A stretch of DNA of 60,187 nt, the filler included, from Perkinsus olseni (taxonomy: Eukaryota): the NCBI GenBank assembly GCA_013115125.1. It is 6 parts of 6 records of this genome, joined end to end, with 100 filler letters (N's around TTAATTAATTAA, not from the genome) between each part and the next. Parts side by side here need not be neighbours in the genome. Positions count along the whole stretch, not along the records: positions 30,362 to 40,303 come from JABANN010000903.1; positions 40,404 to 50,299 come from JABANN010000904.1; 4 more parts are not named here. The stretch is one strand, 5' to 3'. The notes under the pieces were generated by a model. It saw only the letters and a list, made by a program, of their open reading frames with translations. It was not told the origin of the DNA and made no database searches. A program made the position numbers and the translations under genes. Shown in pieces: positions 34,914 to 46,329 of this stretch. The stretch's first letter is position 1. Each line of letters opens with the position of its first letter.

Positions 34914-35036
34914 CGGGTAAGGGTGCCTATACGGTGGCGGGTAAGGGTGCCTATACGGTGGCGAGTAAGGGTGCCTATACGGTGGCGAGTAAGGGTGCCT
35001 ATACGGTGGCGAGTAAGGGTGCCTATACGGTGGCGG
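34914..35036. repeat. Minisatellite, 5 x 24 bp (CGRGTAAGGGTGCCTATACGGTGG)
   Basis: Five near-perfect head-to-tail units with no spacers. Confidence 0.95.
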
Positions 35037-37096
35037 AGGATATCACATTAGCCAGTTGAGACAGCAATTGTTGAGACAATTTCTTACTTGAGGCCCGCCG
35101 CTCAAATGACTTTTTCATTTGCCGGTTGGATGCCCTTGTTTCGACCCTACCGCCAATTTGCTATATCATTGCAAGTACCTCATCAAGCCACGTACCCGCA
35201 GAGGAATCGAGTAACGACTCAGAAGGTCGCAAGGGAGATCCCTCCGTCAAAGAAATTCCGAGGATATTATGCTAGCGCGTGCTGGAGGACTTCGCGCATT
35301 CCTAGAATGGTCAGTCCAATCGCAATAGCTGCATCCGACCTATGAGACTCCGTCCTCTCCTACAGGATAACGAATATGTTGCTTCGATGTCTCTTCCCGC
35401 CACGATTCCCGGATTACTACCGGTGGGTATGCCCATGCTGTTAGGAGGCCCTTCCTCTGTGGACTCACTGTCACCAGCTGGTACTGTAGGACGGAGGCCC
35501 TCTTCACTCTCCCTGTCGATCTCCCGGCAGCCAACGGTTGGTTGGTTAGATGTGAACATGCTGCTGGGTGATAGAGAACAACATAAATCCTGTCGAGCAA
35601 CCCATTCGCGAGCAAATTCCGCCATGAGGGGCGCTCAATAGTCCCCTCCTCATTTCCAAGAAGGCTCCCAGGGTTCGATTCAAGCATTCTTAGGAATCCT
35701 CAGAGAGGAGCGCTCCTGGAATTCGGAAGTGGACCACTGATCATTTGTTTTTACGGCTTTCCACGTGAACAACGCGACAGAAGCAGTTGTTGGAGCCGAA
35801 TCGATCCGCGCGCGCCATTAATTCGCCTTCTCCGTAACCACGAGACAACCCAGGGGTAACTTGATTTAAGCATCGGTTTCGACTAGTTCGGCTACCTCCT
35901 CCGAGTTGAGCCATGCTGATGGAGAAAGAAACGCGTCGGCGGTAGAACGGTTCTTTGTGCTGCGCCTTTGAAGAGAATAGACAACCGCTACCGGATTGAG
36001 TCGCAAAACATCGGTTTCCGATCTTGCATCATTCCAAAGGTATCGAGTCATGAGCATTTATGAACACGAGGCGGTCGGACATGAATACTGATGAGCACAA
36101 GCCGGTCGGACATTGATACTGATGAGTACAAGCCGAATGGGCTTGAGTATGGATTAGGTACGAGTACCGAGTGCTCGCCGACAGTCAACTCAAGCCCGAC
36201 AGAGTATCGTGATGGATGTACATAACAAGGTGTTTTAAAGAACGCGCTTCTTCGAACAATTCCCCAGCAGGCCGTTAATCCAATCAGCAACTCTTCCAAG
36301 TTTAGCATAATGGGCCCGCCGTGCAGAAAAATTTTTGCTACTTCTCCAAGTTCGGTACAATGACCTCGTGATACACTGACGCCTTTCCTACTCTTCCAGG
36401 TTTGGCATAGCGGATCCACGTCAACCTAACGCTTTCCCTACTCTTCCAAGTTCGGCATGCTGGCCCCACGCCACGCAAGTTTTCCTGAACCTTCGAATCA
36501 CGTTCGGATATTCGGTCACACTGGGGAGTTACTCGTAGAAGCACACTTATTTGAAACATCCCGTATAACGGGAGTTTCACTCCTCTTCAGAGAAGCGCTG
36601 ACACAGAATCAGTCATTTCCACTAGACGCCGGCAACGGTTGGCAACGAGGCAACATATGCCGTCGATCACATGCTTGTGCACTCGATAACCGTAGTCTGG
36701 GGCCAAACTTAGAATACCACCACTGAGAGGATATCCACATTTCCTTACATCTGACTCACTCGCCTCTGGTGGCTGAGCGACAGTACAGAAAAGGGACCCT
36801 GTACAACCGCGACAGTCACTCCTTCGACCACGACATGCCCAACACAATCACATCCTGATGGGGTTAACCCAGTGAAACCTCAAGTATAGTGCAAATGATA
36901 TCAGGACAGTTTGTAACAATGGTAACGATCTTTGATAATACCAGGCCATGGGCCTCTACCAACTTTCGGCGGACCCCCAGTGGAAAAGGCAAGGATTGCG
37001 ATGATGATTATATGATGCAGTGACCACGGCCAGGCTAAGGAGCGGCCGCGGACCGGAAGTAACGAGCGGGTTCGAAGAGAGTAAAATAGCCACAGC

Positions 37097-38899
37097 TTAG
37101 ATCCACTTCTGTTTTCTGTATAGGAAGAAGATAAGGCTCGTAATGGTGAGCAGAAGCAACCAGAAGTACAAGTACCCATACTTCCACATGAGCTCGGGCA
37201 TTCCCGGGTCACCCGTGACTGGATTCTGGAAGTTCATACCGTAGACGCCTGTGAGGAACTGCCCGGGGACGAAGGTAGTTGTGACCAGAGTGAGGACATA
37301 GAGAATATTGCTAGTCTTAGACTCACAATACTGTCTATACTGCTCGAGCATCATCCTAGCGTTCTCCCTCAAGGCCAGAGATTCCTCCAGAAAACGGTGA
37401 GTGTTACTACGAATATCGGAGGTATACATCTGCGAGTCCGGACTCCAATGTCTGTAGCTTACTGCGGTCTCGAGGACGTCTAAGACAGGCCTTACCATTC
37501 GGTAAAGCTGACCCAGTTGCCTCACGATCTTCCGCAGTCGCTTGACGTCTTTCTGATAGAACTTGTCCATCTCCCGATCCAGCCTCCGTTGCAATACAGA
37601 CAAAGATGCATCATAAGCTTGTCCGACTAATATATAATCTTCAGTGATATCGCACAGGATCTTGAACAGTAAGGTGTGGGTGTCACCGGTCCTTACATTA
37701 CTGTAGGAAGTCTTCAAGTTGCCCAAAGCATTACGGAAGATACTCATATCATAGGACATCGTTTCCCAGTCGGTAATGGTGTGTGTCAGTGTTCGGAATC
37801 TGGTCCATGTACGAGTGTCAGCGGTCGACTCCGCCTTCTCGTCGTCAACTGTCACTTGGGATTGCGTCTTCCTACTCCACCAATGCTTCTTCCCCTTCCC
37901 GTTACCCGCCTTCGATTCCTCATCATCCCGATCAGTACCAGTCTTACACAGAGTAACCCACTCGCTGGAGAAACTAATGAGAGTACCACCTTCTGCTTTA
38001 CCCGTCACGAACATCGCCAAGTTGCACTGCTCGACTTCCACTTTTACAATCGGGGGCTCAACGGTCTTATCCACCTTCGGCAAGTCCTTACGCAGCTTCT
38101 GCCTTCTCCAAGACTGCCACGGCCGTAAAGTGTTACGGCTGGTTTGAGTCAATCGCAGCACCGGTATAATAATGATGGACCATAATGGTGGATTCTTCCG
38201 AGTTATCCGCGCATCTCCGCGTCCCGTTGGCCGATACCCAAAGATGTGATCGACTTTCGCTGCTTCTCGCCATAGGGTGAAAACATCCAGCACAAACCGA
38301 GGGTCCAAACCATACTTGATAGCAAGGCCCAATACTGCCGCTTGAGATGGATCATGAGAATGAAGCCAGCGAACCCTGAACGGCTTCTGTATCTTCTTAG
38401 TGTTCAGCACTCTCGACATAGCAGTTGGTCGGAACAGAAATGATACCGGGTCCTCCAAAGGGTTCCGACTGTAGAGGAAATCCTCTCGGTACTCATAAAT
38501 ATGTATCCTAATTTGCTTGGCCTGCTCAGGCGCATGAAGGAGAGCTGCCATCCTCAGACACTTAAGAGCCGCTACGAATTCCGGAGGCTTTATAATACGC
38601 TCCTCCGGATTGCCCTCCACAGTACCCTTTGGGCCGCGGCTCGTTAGAATGCCGCACAGTTCGTGGAACGCCTGGTCGGACTCTGCAGAATGCTTCGTGT
38701 ACAGCGCTTGTTGGCGGAGACCACGAGCAACCTCAGAAGGCGACATCTCCGAATCGTGATCTTGATCGAACATGTCGAACTGAGGAGATATGATCACTGG
38801 ATAATGCGTCAAGTTGCAATGCGACACGCGGGTGAGCGAAGAAACGGAAGAGGAGATCCCGAGAATATTACCACTCTCAGCATGCCGGTAGCTGTGCAA
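37097..38899 (-). CDS. CorA-family transporter, copy B (tandem paralog; true 5' exons probably extend to ~39050 and ~39690)
   Basis: Nearly identical to copy A. YGMNF...MPELMWKYGYLYFW. Confidence 0.93.
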   Translation of the reverse strand: MHSYRHAESGNILGISSSVSSLTRVSHCNLTHYPVIISPQFDMFDQDHDSEMSPSEVARGLRQQALYTKHSAESDQAFHELCGILTSRGPKGTVEGNPEERIIKPPEFVAALKCLRMAALLHAPEQAKQIRIHIYEYREDFLYSRNPLEDPVSFLFRPTAMSRVLNTKKIQKPFRVRWLHSHDPSQAAVLGLAIKYGLDPRFVLDVFTLWREAAKVDHIFGYRPTGRGDARITRKNPPLWSIIIIPVLRLTQTSRNTLRPWQSWRRQKLRKDLPKVDKTVEPPIVKVEVEQCNLAMFVTGKAEGGTLISFSSEWVTLCKTGTDRDDEESKAGNGKGKKHWWSRKTQSQVTVDDEKAESTADTRTWTRFRTLTHTITDWETMSYDMSIFRNALGNLKTSYSNVRTGDTHTLLFKILCDITEDYILVGQAYDASLSVLQRRLDREMDKFYQKDVKRLRKIVRQLGQLYRMVRPVLDVLETAVSYRHWSPDSQMYTSDIRSNTHRFLEESLALRENARMMLEQYRQYCESKTSNILYVLTLVTTTFVPGQFLTGVYGMNFQNPVTGDPGMPELMWKYGYLYFWLLLLTITSLIFFLYRKQKWI

Positions 38900-40303
38900 T
38901 CAAAGTACCGCAGAAGGGACTCGAGATTGGGAGCCGCATCACCACAGTACACTGCTTGGTCATAACCCAGCCGCTCCACCATCGACAGCCAATACTCAGA
39001 ATCGTATTGGACTGCCACCACGGATGGCTGAACTTTCGCGCTCACACGAGGTAGCCGGCCTGATAAAATGCAACGGCAATTCTCAAGGCTGATCCAAGAC
39101 CTGGCTGTCCCTTCAACCCTTGTTCGCATGCCCCGAAGAGATCACACCCCCAACTACTCCCAGATTATTTGCATCCTCAGCGTGAAATACATCAACGGCC
39201 AGGAAAAAAACCACGCTTTATCTTATCGACCAATCAACGAGCACTTGCCATGCGTGCCATCCGGAAGAACAGGCGATGGAAGTATGTGGCATTCCCGCAT
39301 TTCAAAGCTTATTCTACGAAGACTATTCTTCCCAACGAAGATATCTCAGCTAATCCGCAATGCACTTCAGCGAAGTAAGTTCACCAATCCTTTGGGCACA
39401 GTAAATGGCAGTCATTTCAGTGGCCGTGACCACATCGCCAATTCCACCCCCTCATTACCATCTTTGTACTCCTGTTCTCCCAATCCCTTCTCGGAAGAAG
39501 GAGCTCCCTTATCGCTCGGTTCCTTCACAAACTCATCCGACAGCTCGACCACTTCACTGTCCACTCTAAAACCGTCCGGCCGATTCCGTGTTAAATAGTT
39601 TTCCTGCCAAAGTGCTGCTGTGCCGGGAAGGTCTGGACTGGGCTTAGGGAAGAGATCTTCCTCTGTTGCTCTCGAGGACCCATCACTCATGGCAGAAACA
39701 CAACCTTAGCGACATCGGCCAATCGATTTCAAAAAGCGAATATCTCCCACGGATCAGAGCCACATGTGCTCTCACTCCAACGCAACACATTGTGTCAATC
39801 CGGTTGACTCCTCCACCGAGGGTGAAGCCGACGAGACTCGGGACATCAGATGCGCGAGTAACGGCGTCATGAAACGCATCGCTGTCATTGAGGCGAGATC
39901 TCGCCACAGTGGAGTGGCCGGGGATAGTGTCATGCAAATATGAAGTTGGACACCTGAGAAACTTATTAGATGGCATTGGGGTTTTCGCCCATATCCAGAT
40001 ACGTTCCCAATCACCAACGACGAGATAGAAACAACAGGTGTTCGAGTAGGGTGTTGAACACCCTGAACACTAGAACACACTAGAACACAACGCTCATGAT
40101 TAAACAAAAGAGCTCTACACATGTCCAAGCACGCTATGCCACGTAACATGGAAATCGAGCGCCGCGCATCTTGCCTTCTGGGCTCCTACCGTTTGCATGA
40201 AACATGCATCCTGGCACGATGATCGCAACGGTGCGCGGTAGCGCGGGTTCGATACTATATTACTGTGACGCCGGGCGTGCGCGATACGCAACGGTTGTCC
40301 CTT

Positions 40304-40403
40304 NNNNNNNNNNNNNNNNNNNNNNNNNNNNNNNNNNNNNNNNNNNNTTAATTAATTAANNNNNNNNNNNNNNNNNNNNNNNNNNNNNNNNNNNNNNNNN
40401 NNN
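40304..40403. other. Artificial contig linker
   Basis: N44-TTAATTAATTAA-N44. Confidence 0.98.
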
Positions 40404-41149
40404 GTAGACATTTAAAGTGATGCCCTTCAATGGCTTTTTCTCTCGGGGCACTTTGAATTTTGGTACCACCGTGCGGACATAACAAAGTAGGCTTGTAAAA
40501 TAGAGGTAATGTGCTCCTATAACTCTAGTAAAGGCGACTTTGGTCGTGCAAACCCTAATAATGTCGCACAGTTCCTTGCTTCAGCGAGAGGGTTATAGCG
40601 AAGTAGCATTATTATAGTCCTCTTCCTGCATTCCGTCGAGCGGTGTACGTATATGAGAGAACTAAAGTAACTGCATAGGTACGCCTGAAGTTACCTCGCG
40701 AAACCGTAACATTAGCCAATTCACGTGCCCCTAAATTACGTGTACGATGACCAGTGGAAGGCCCCGAAGCTCCCACTAGGAGTATCCTGGAATTCACTGT
40801 CAAGTTGGAAGTGAACTCGGAGTCGTTGCTTCAACAAGCAACCACCCGAAACCGCACAAGCAACTTGCTTGTGCGTCGTTCAAGAAACCGCATTTCACGT
40901 GTAACAATACATTCCAGAATCGATCATGAATTTCAGATTGTTTCAGACAGGCTAGTCGCAGAGCAAGTTTCCCAAGCAAGTCCCACACCACAATCGTGGC
41001 CTTCTTTGTTACACACCTGCTTCTACGGGCTCCAGATTCGAAGTAGAGTCGTCTATGGAGGAGGACGTACGTGTGAGGAAAAGTTCTACACAATTGATCG
41101 TGTTGCTCCTTGAGTCCTCTGCACTGCAGTGACAACATAGTGACGACTA

Positions 41150-41513
41150 CACCTTTCAAAGGCCTATTTCGCGATCAGTAAGATCAATTTGGCAGGGCGA
41201 GCGATCACCCGCGCCCAGATATGCCTTAGTACGATCAATTTCGCCAGCGCGCGCTATTAGTACAATCAATTTCGCCGGCTCACCCGAAGTAAGCTCAATT
41301 TCGACGAAATGCGGAAATCAATTTCGCTAGAAGTAGATTCTATTTCGCTGCAGTAACGGATTCCGACGTCCGACTGTTGTAAAAATTGGCGAAATTGATC
41401 GTACTATCGTGCGCGCTGGCGAAATTGATCTTACTAAGGCATATCTGGGCGCGGGTGATCGCTCGCCCTGCCAAATTGATCTTACTGATCGCGAAATAGG
41501 CCTTTGAAAGGTG
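41150..41513. mobile_element. Foldback MITE (364 bp) with TA TSD, Tc1/mariner-like
   Basis: ~100-bp near-perfect TIRs (CACCTTTCAAAGGCCTATTTCGCG... / ...CGCGAAATAGGCCTTTGAAAGGTG) flanked by TA on both sides. Repeated internal GATCAATTTCGC motif. Confidence 0.93.
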
Positions 41514-42242
41514 TATAATGTGTGGTATGTATCAGCTACGGCCTGGTTCAGTACTACTCAGCTGTAAGACTACCATCGCCACACTTACCTTCACTGCTAC
41601 TGCGTACTATTAGCATCAGATAACCATCTGACCTTACTATGCGCTTGGCACTAGCGTCAATGAGTACACGTGCTACACTAAGCTAGCGTAGTAAGCTGTA
41701 GTGCACAATATCACTAAGCTCCCATCCAGTCCAATTTTACCACTCTTTGAGCCCCGTCTTAAATAGCCATATTCTACTGAGTTACAGTGCATCTTTCATG
41801 CTTGCCTCCCTTGCTAGCCTGGCTTACGTATTACTATAGTTGTAACTCAAGAACCACTGTAACCGACTCTCGAGGAGCTATCTAACATAGCACTACAGAA
41901 AGGGATGGTGTCACATAACTGTCGCTCGTCCAACGAGGCGAGCGACTACTTCCTTCTTCGCGCGGGTGTTTCTTTTCCGCCCTGTTTGGACGGTCTGAGA
42001 GGGAGTGTTTAACAAGATCCAAGCAGACTGCCTCTCCCAAGTTCCAACAGCCCTCCCAGGATCGTCTTTTACACTTTAAGTTCAATCCTGCGGGCGCTGC
42101 TGCGATCTAGGCGACACAGTAGTTTATTGACATTCGGTACTCAACTGTGATTAGCCTCTCCAATATCCCGGTTCGTGTCACCGGGGTTACAAGCCCCAAA
42201 CCTTACTAAGGATGCTTCCCGGCAGTAGTGCTTGCCGCCCCT

Positions 42243-43211
42243 ATGATCACGAATAATCCGTTATTCGCCGGGGCTTCAGCCCTCGCAGCCGTCTTTATCA
42301 CCAACCTGCCCGTCACCAACGCCATTGGCGCTACTGCCGCCCAAGGTCCGAAGCCGGGGCGCGATGTAAGCCACCGACAAACTCGTGCGTGTGAGTTTAC
42401 AGTCCAACGATGCCATCAGCCTGGTTGGACTCTCACCGTTGTGCTCATACAGATCGATATAAAGTGATTACAAGATGGTTTGCCAAAATGCTTTTATCGT
42501 GGCCTCCCCCCGGAAAGCCGTCGTCCTCTTCCTCAGGGGTATCCACCGCTCTCCAAGAACTCTTACTTCGACAATAACGAGAACAAGGTCTTATGCACCT
42601 TCGCTAAAGACGGCAAGAAGGCAAAGAGTTGGGATTTCCGTGTTAATTTTGGTGTCTACCTTACCGATAACGGCATGCAAACTGAGTCCATCCGGTGCCC
42701 CAAGTTCAAGGAATCCAATGCTTTTGAAGCGACGTAAGTTCTCCAACTCATTTCATCATAATTCTCGTCATTTCACAGTTACTCGTAGAGCGCTATTTTA
42801 CGTCGCTTCATTCCTATCGATTCTCAAGGGCCTAAACATTCTTTCGATTCCCACCCTCCACCGGCAAACACGGGTCAGGATCCCCTCAAGGGCATGCGAC
42901 TGGAATCTGAAGGCTCCTTGAATGCCCTGTACGCAGCCGCGGAGAAGGAAGGCTTTCAAGAGACTGGTGGGCTCGTCTTCATAGATGACAAACAAAACGC
43001 TAAGAGACACGACAATCACGACGTAACAGGGGCGATCGAGAAGTTGGAGGAAACTTGTGAGGACCTTCTCGAGACCGTCAAGAAACAGTTCCCGAGTCTT
43101 GATGAATTGTGCTTTGAGTACGATGGAATTACTAAGAAAACCGTTGCGGCCGTCGGTGAAGGGAACTGGCTGACCAGAGGTGGCAGCAAGGATTACAGAC
43201 CCAAGAAGTGA
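42243..43211 (+). CDS. Hypothetical lineage-specific secreted protein, multi-exon (possibly pseudogenised)
   Basis: Hydrophobic N-terminus MITNNPLFAGASALAAVFITNL. GT-AG introns at ~42391-42452 and ~42735-42778. Protein-like segments 42480-42737 and 42894-43211 are in different frames. Confidence 0.45.
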
Positions 43212-44071
43212 GAGATCTCTTGAGAAACTTGTGTTCTTTTATCGGTTAGTTCTTTTATCAGTTAGTCTCTCGTTTAAGGATGCCAATATACGTAAAACAA
43301 CATGATTTTGATGATGATGTGGCTGTTGTGTGCAGGTGAATAGTTGTTGAGTTCATTCAGCTTTCGAAGGGCTGTTGAAAATCAGTTTGAGGTGCTTCTC
43401 CCTGCTTGAAGGAACTCTGAATATCCTAGACCACGTCTTTTGAGTTCATACTCTTATTGCAGGCTCCTGTCTGAGAGACTCGGTAATCGTTTCTTCAACG
43501 ACCTCTAAGTGGGAAAAGGCCGACTGAAGTTGTTTCCCAAAATTTATGTCCATGATGTCGGCTAGATGGTTTTTTTTTAAAACTGGGCCTTGCTCGCGGA
43601 TTTGAAATCTTTATTCAAGGCCCTCCGCTGGTCTTCCCTCTTCACTACCCAAACCCGCTACTGTGATGTCCTCATCCGCCGGCATAGCGACCTCACCCTA
43701 GCCCGAGTAAACTCACCGAATGGTATAGAAGTCACTTCTCTAGGGCGCGCGAGGTTTTTATTCTCAGCCCTTTAAGGTTCTCTGTTGTTTCCACGTACGA
43801 GAAAACCCTTGTATCGAAATTCTCGCTCTGGTGGGCATGTTGACGAGAAGCTAGAGAAAAAAGAATTCTCAAGGAAATAAATGGGTGTATAATTTTACAG
43901 AGATTTGATCGAAAAAATATATTTCACTGAGAATTACGCCTATTTTTACGAAGAATCTTAGCCTGCGGTCCGTTGGGGTATCGGAAACTTCACAAATTGT
44001 GAAGTGAACTGTGAATTTAAACTGATTGGGAATCGCAATCAGCTTCCACTACCATTGGCAGTCTTCTAGCC

Positions 44072-44933
44072 ATGTCCGTCAGTCAGTTCACGGACGACGC
44101 GTATAACAAGTTCCCGAGAGACGACACCTCACATCCGGGCACTCTAATAGGAAACTGGTAACTTCTCCTCACATGCTTGAGAAGATGCTTCTTGGCAATT
44201 TTCTCAGGTATGAGGAAACGAGGATTCGCGAGGCGACAGGAGAGGGTCGAACGCTTCCGCAGCGACATCTGAAGAGACGGGGACTGTTTCACGGTGACGG
44301 GCCGAAAGTTTGGCCGACTCCAGTGAAGAAAGTGAGTTCAGTCAGTGAAACGGTTGATCGATATGGCAGTGGTTAGCTCTCTTGAAAATGCATGAGCAGT
44401 TAAGTTTGATACATAAAAACTTCTTGTTAACAGGAAAACGTATTTTTTTGCGAGAAACACTTTAAAAAGAAAGAACGGTCGAGCAGTGTGAATCAAAAAT
44501 TCATACATATCTTTATGCTGCATCAAATGCAAGGGTCGACCTAAGATATGATTTATCATGACCATATCGCAAAAATAGCCCTGCGAAGTGATTTTCTCGG
44601 CGCAGCCAAGTTACCCACTTTTCTGAGAATATTCCAACTCGCGGTGATTCAACTTCACCTTCTCTGGGATCTACTGAACCTTAAAGAATCTCAGTTGCAG
44701 GAGCGCGAAGCAGCTCTCCAGTATTATGAATAATAACGAACTGCATCTTCCGCAGGACAACACGTTCGAGCGTGCCCATGGCAAGAGACTGAGCGATGCC
44801 GAGTTCGTTCCCTGCTCCTCGGATATCGGCAACTACAAGTGCCCCATCACAGGTGAGGACGTCTTTCTGGCCGCTCGTTACCATCTAACGATGGTCCTTT
44901 CTATTGAAAATGACGTTTACTTAACTTTTTGTG
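44072..44933 (+). CDS. Small ciliary microtubule-inner-protein-like gene (GNW-EE motif), multi-exon
   Basis: MSVSQFTDDAYNKFPRDDTSHPGTLIGNW|gtaact...ctcag|YEETRIREATG resembles the LIGNWxEE motif of CFAP107/CFAP68/SPAG8-type proteins. Confidence 0.5.
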
Positions 44934-46215
44934 GTGAGTATTATTATAATTTTTGTAAAATGTAAATGAAAAATTTTTACTTTTTCCTCAGTAATTTTTA
45001 CGAAATTTTCCTGTTTTCGGGTGCGTGGACCGAAATTTCACGCGTGCGATGAAGAAGTGGCAAACGCCCACGAACTCCGACACAACACACGCTGGCTTCT
45101 AAGTAGCGACTCGCGCTCAGCTGCCGCGACTGAGCATAATAGACGGCTACGCTCGACTCCGCACAGGTCGTGATCTATCGGCAAGTGACGAATGCCTCGG
45201 GATCAAGCTCCGTAGCGAAGCAGACGAAGCGAACATGAGACTGATCGCGGAGGAGCATGTAAGTGATTCGCTGAAGGCTTTCGACGGTTGAGAAGTAGCG
45301 TGTATTATTGACGAGTTTGATGCATGTAAGATGCGGACAAAATTTCGATCATGAGGGCGTGGGCCGTGTCAAAATTCTTTACCGATGCCGGGGTACTTTT
45401 TTCTTTGTCGGTTGACAACAATCGAGCGGGCGTATTGAGATAATCATCGTCTCATCTTTTCTGTACGGACAGGCATATGAGGATGATGTGTAGTCTTGCT
45501 CAACCAGCGGGCTTAGCTCGGTCAGCTCAGTTGTGAGAGTCTCACTACAAGGTGACGTCAGCGAGAAAATCATCGGAAGAACTTTTGTGTTTGGAAATGA
45601 GAAAATGGCGTACGACAGTTGGTGGCCCATATTTAGGAAAGCGCGTCGATTACCGGGTTGAGGTACAAAACTTTATATTCCTTTGCGATCTGTCGGAGTC
45701 CATTGAGCGGCGGAGGGAAGTGTTCAGGTTAACTCTGCTGACTGGCGTGACGAAGCTACCAAACAGGTTCGTTACTTTGACACCGAAAGTGGCGCTAATT
45801 ATTCGGGAACCCAGCTTGAAAGGTGAGCATGGCCATGGCCAACTTAAGATTCTTTTTGGCTTACCCTTTCATGTCGTACTTCGATATTGTGCATCTCTGC
45901 TGCATCTTGATGGTGCTCCCGTCTGTATCCCTCCGCCCCGCGGGCGACGGCCCCGCAAGTGTGTGACAGACTGCCAAGTTATTCCTTTAATGCAACTGAT
46001 ACTGTTGATGCTTATAGAACTCTTATCAATGTATAACTCAGTAACTATCTCACTATGTCTTACTATTATCTTAGTTAGTAAGTGTAAGAATCCGGTGCCT
46101 CTGCGTAGCAGCAGACACATTACAAAAACGGACTATTCACAATATTGGGACAGTCACAATATTTCATGCCAAATGCAGACGACAGCCGTGTGAGTGAAGA
46201 CTGAGGCGTTTCAGG

Positions 46216-46329
46216 TCTTTACTGAATGACGAAGTAGCCCAAGCAGCAGCACCTCCTGCTGTGAGAGCGATGGTGGTGGACTGGATCGCTGATGTACACT
46301 TCTCGGGCTCTATGCCGATCACCAAGTAG
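46216..46329 (+). pseudogene. Cyclin-box N-terminal fragment
   Basis: VRAMVVDWIADVH resembles the cyclin consensus MRAILVDWLVEVH, but the frame ends 9 codons later. Confidence 0.35.

Noticed and set aside
34914-35036. 24-bp repeats as a CRISPR array or an (RVRVPIRW)n protein
   Set aside because: Head-to-tail with no spacers, no cas genes and a eukaryotic context. The peptide repeat is a by-product of a 24-bp period.
32761-38147. Plus-strand ORFs of 120-150 aa that are duplicated between two loci
   Set aside because: Antisense shadows of the duplicated CorA coding sequences.
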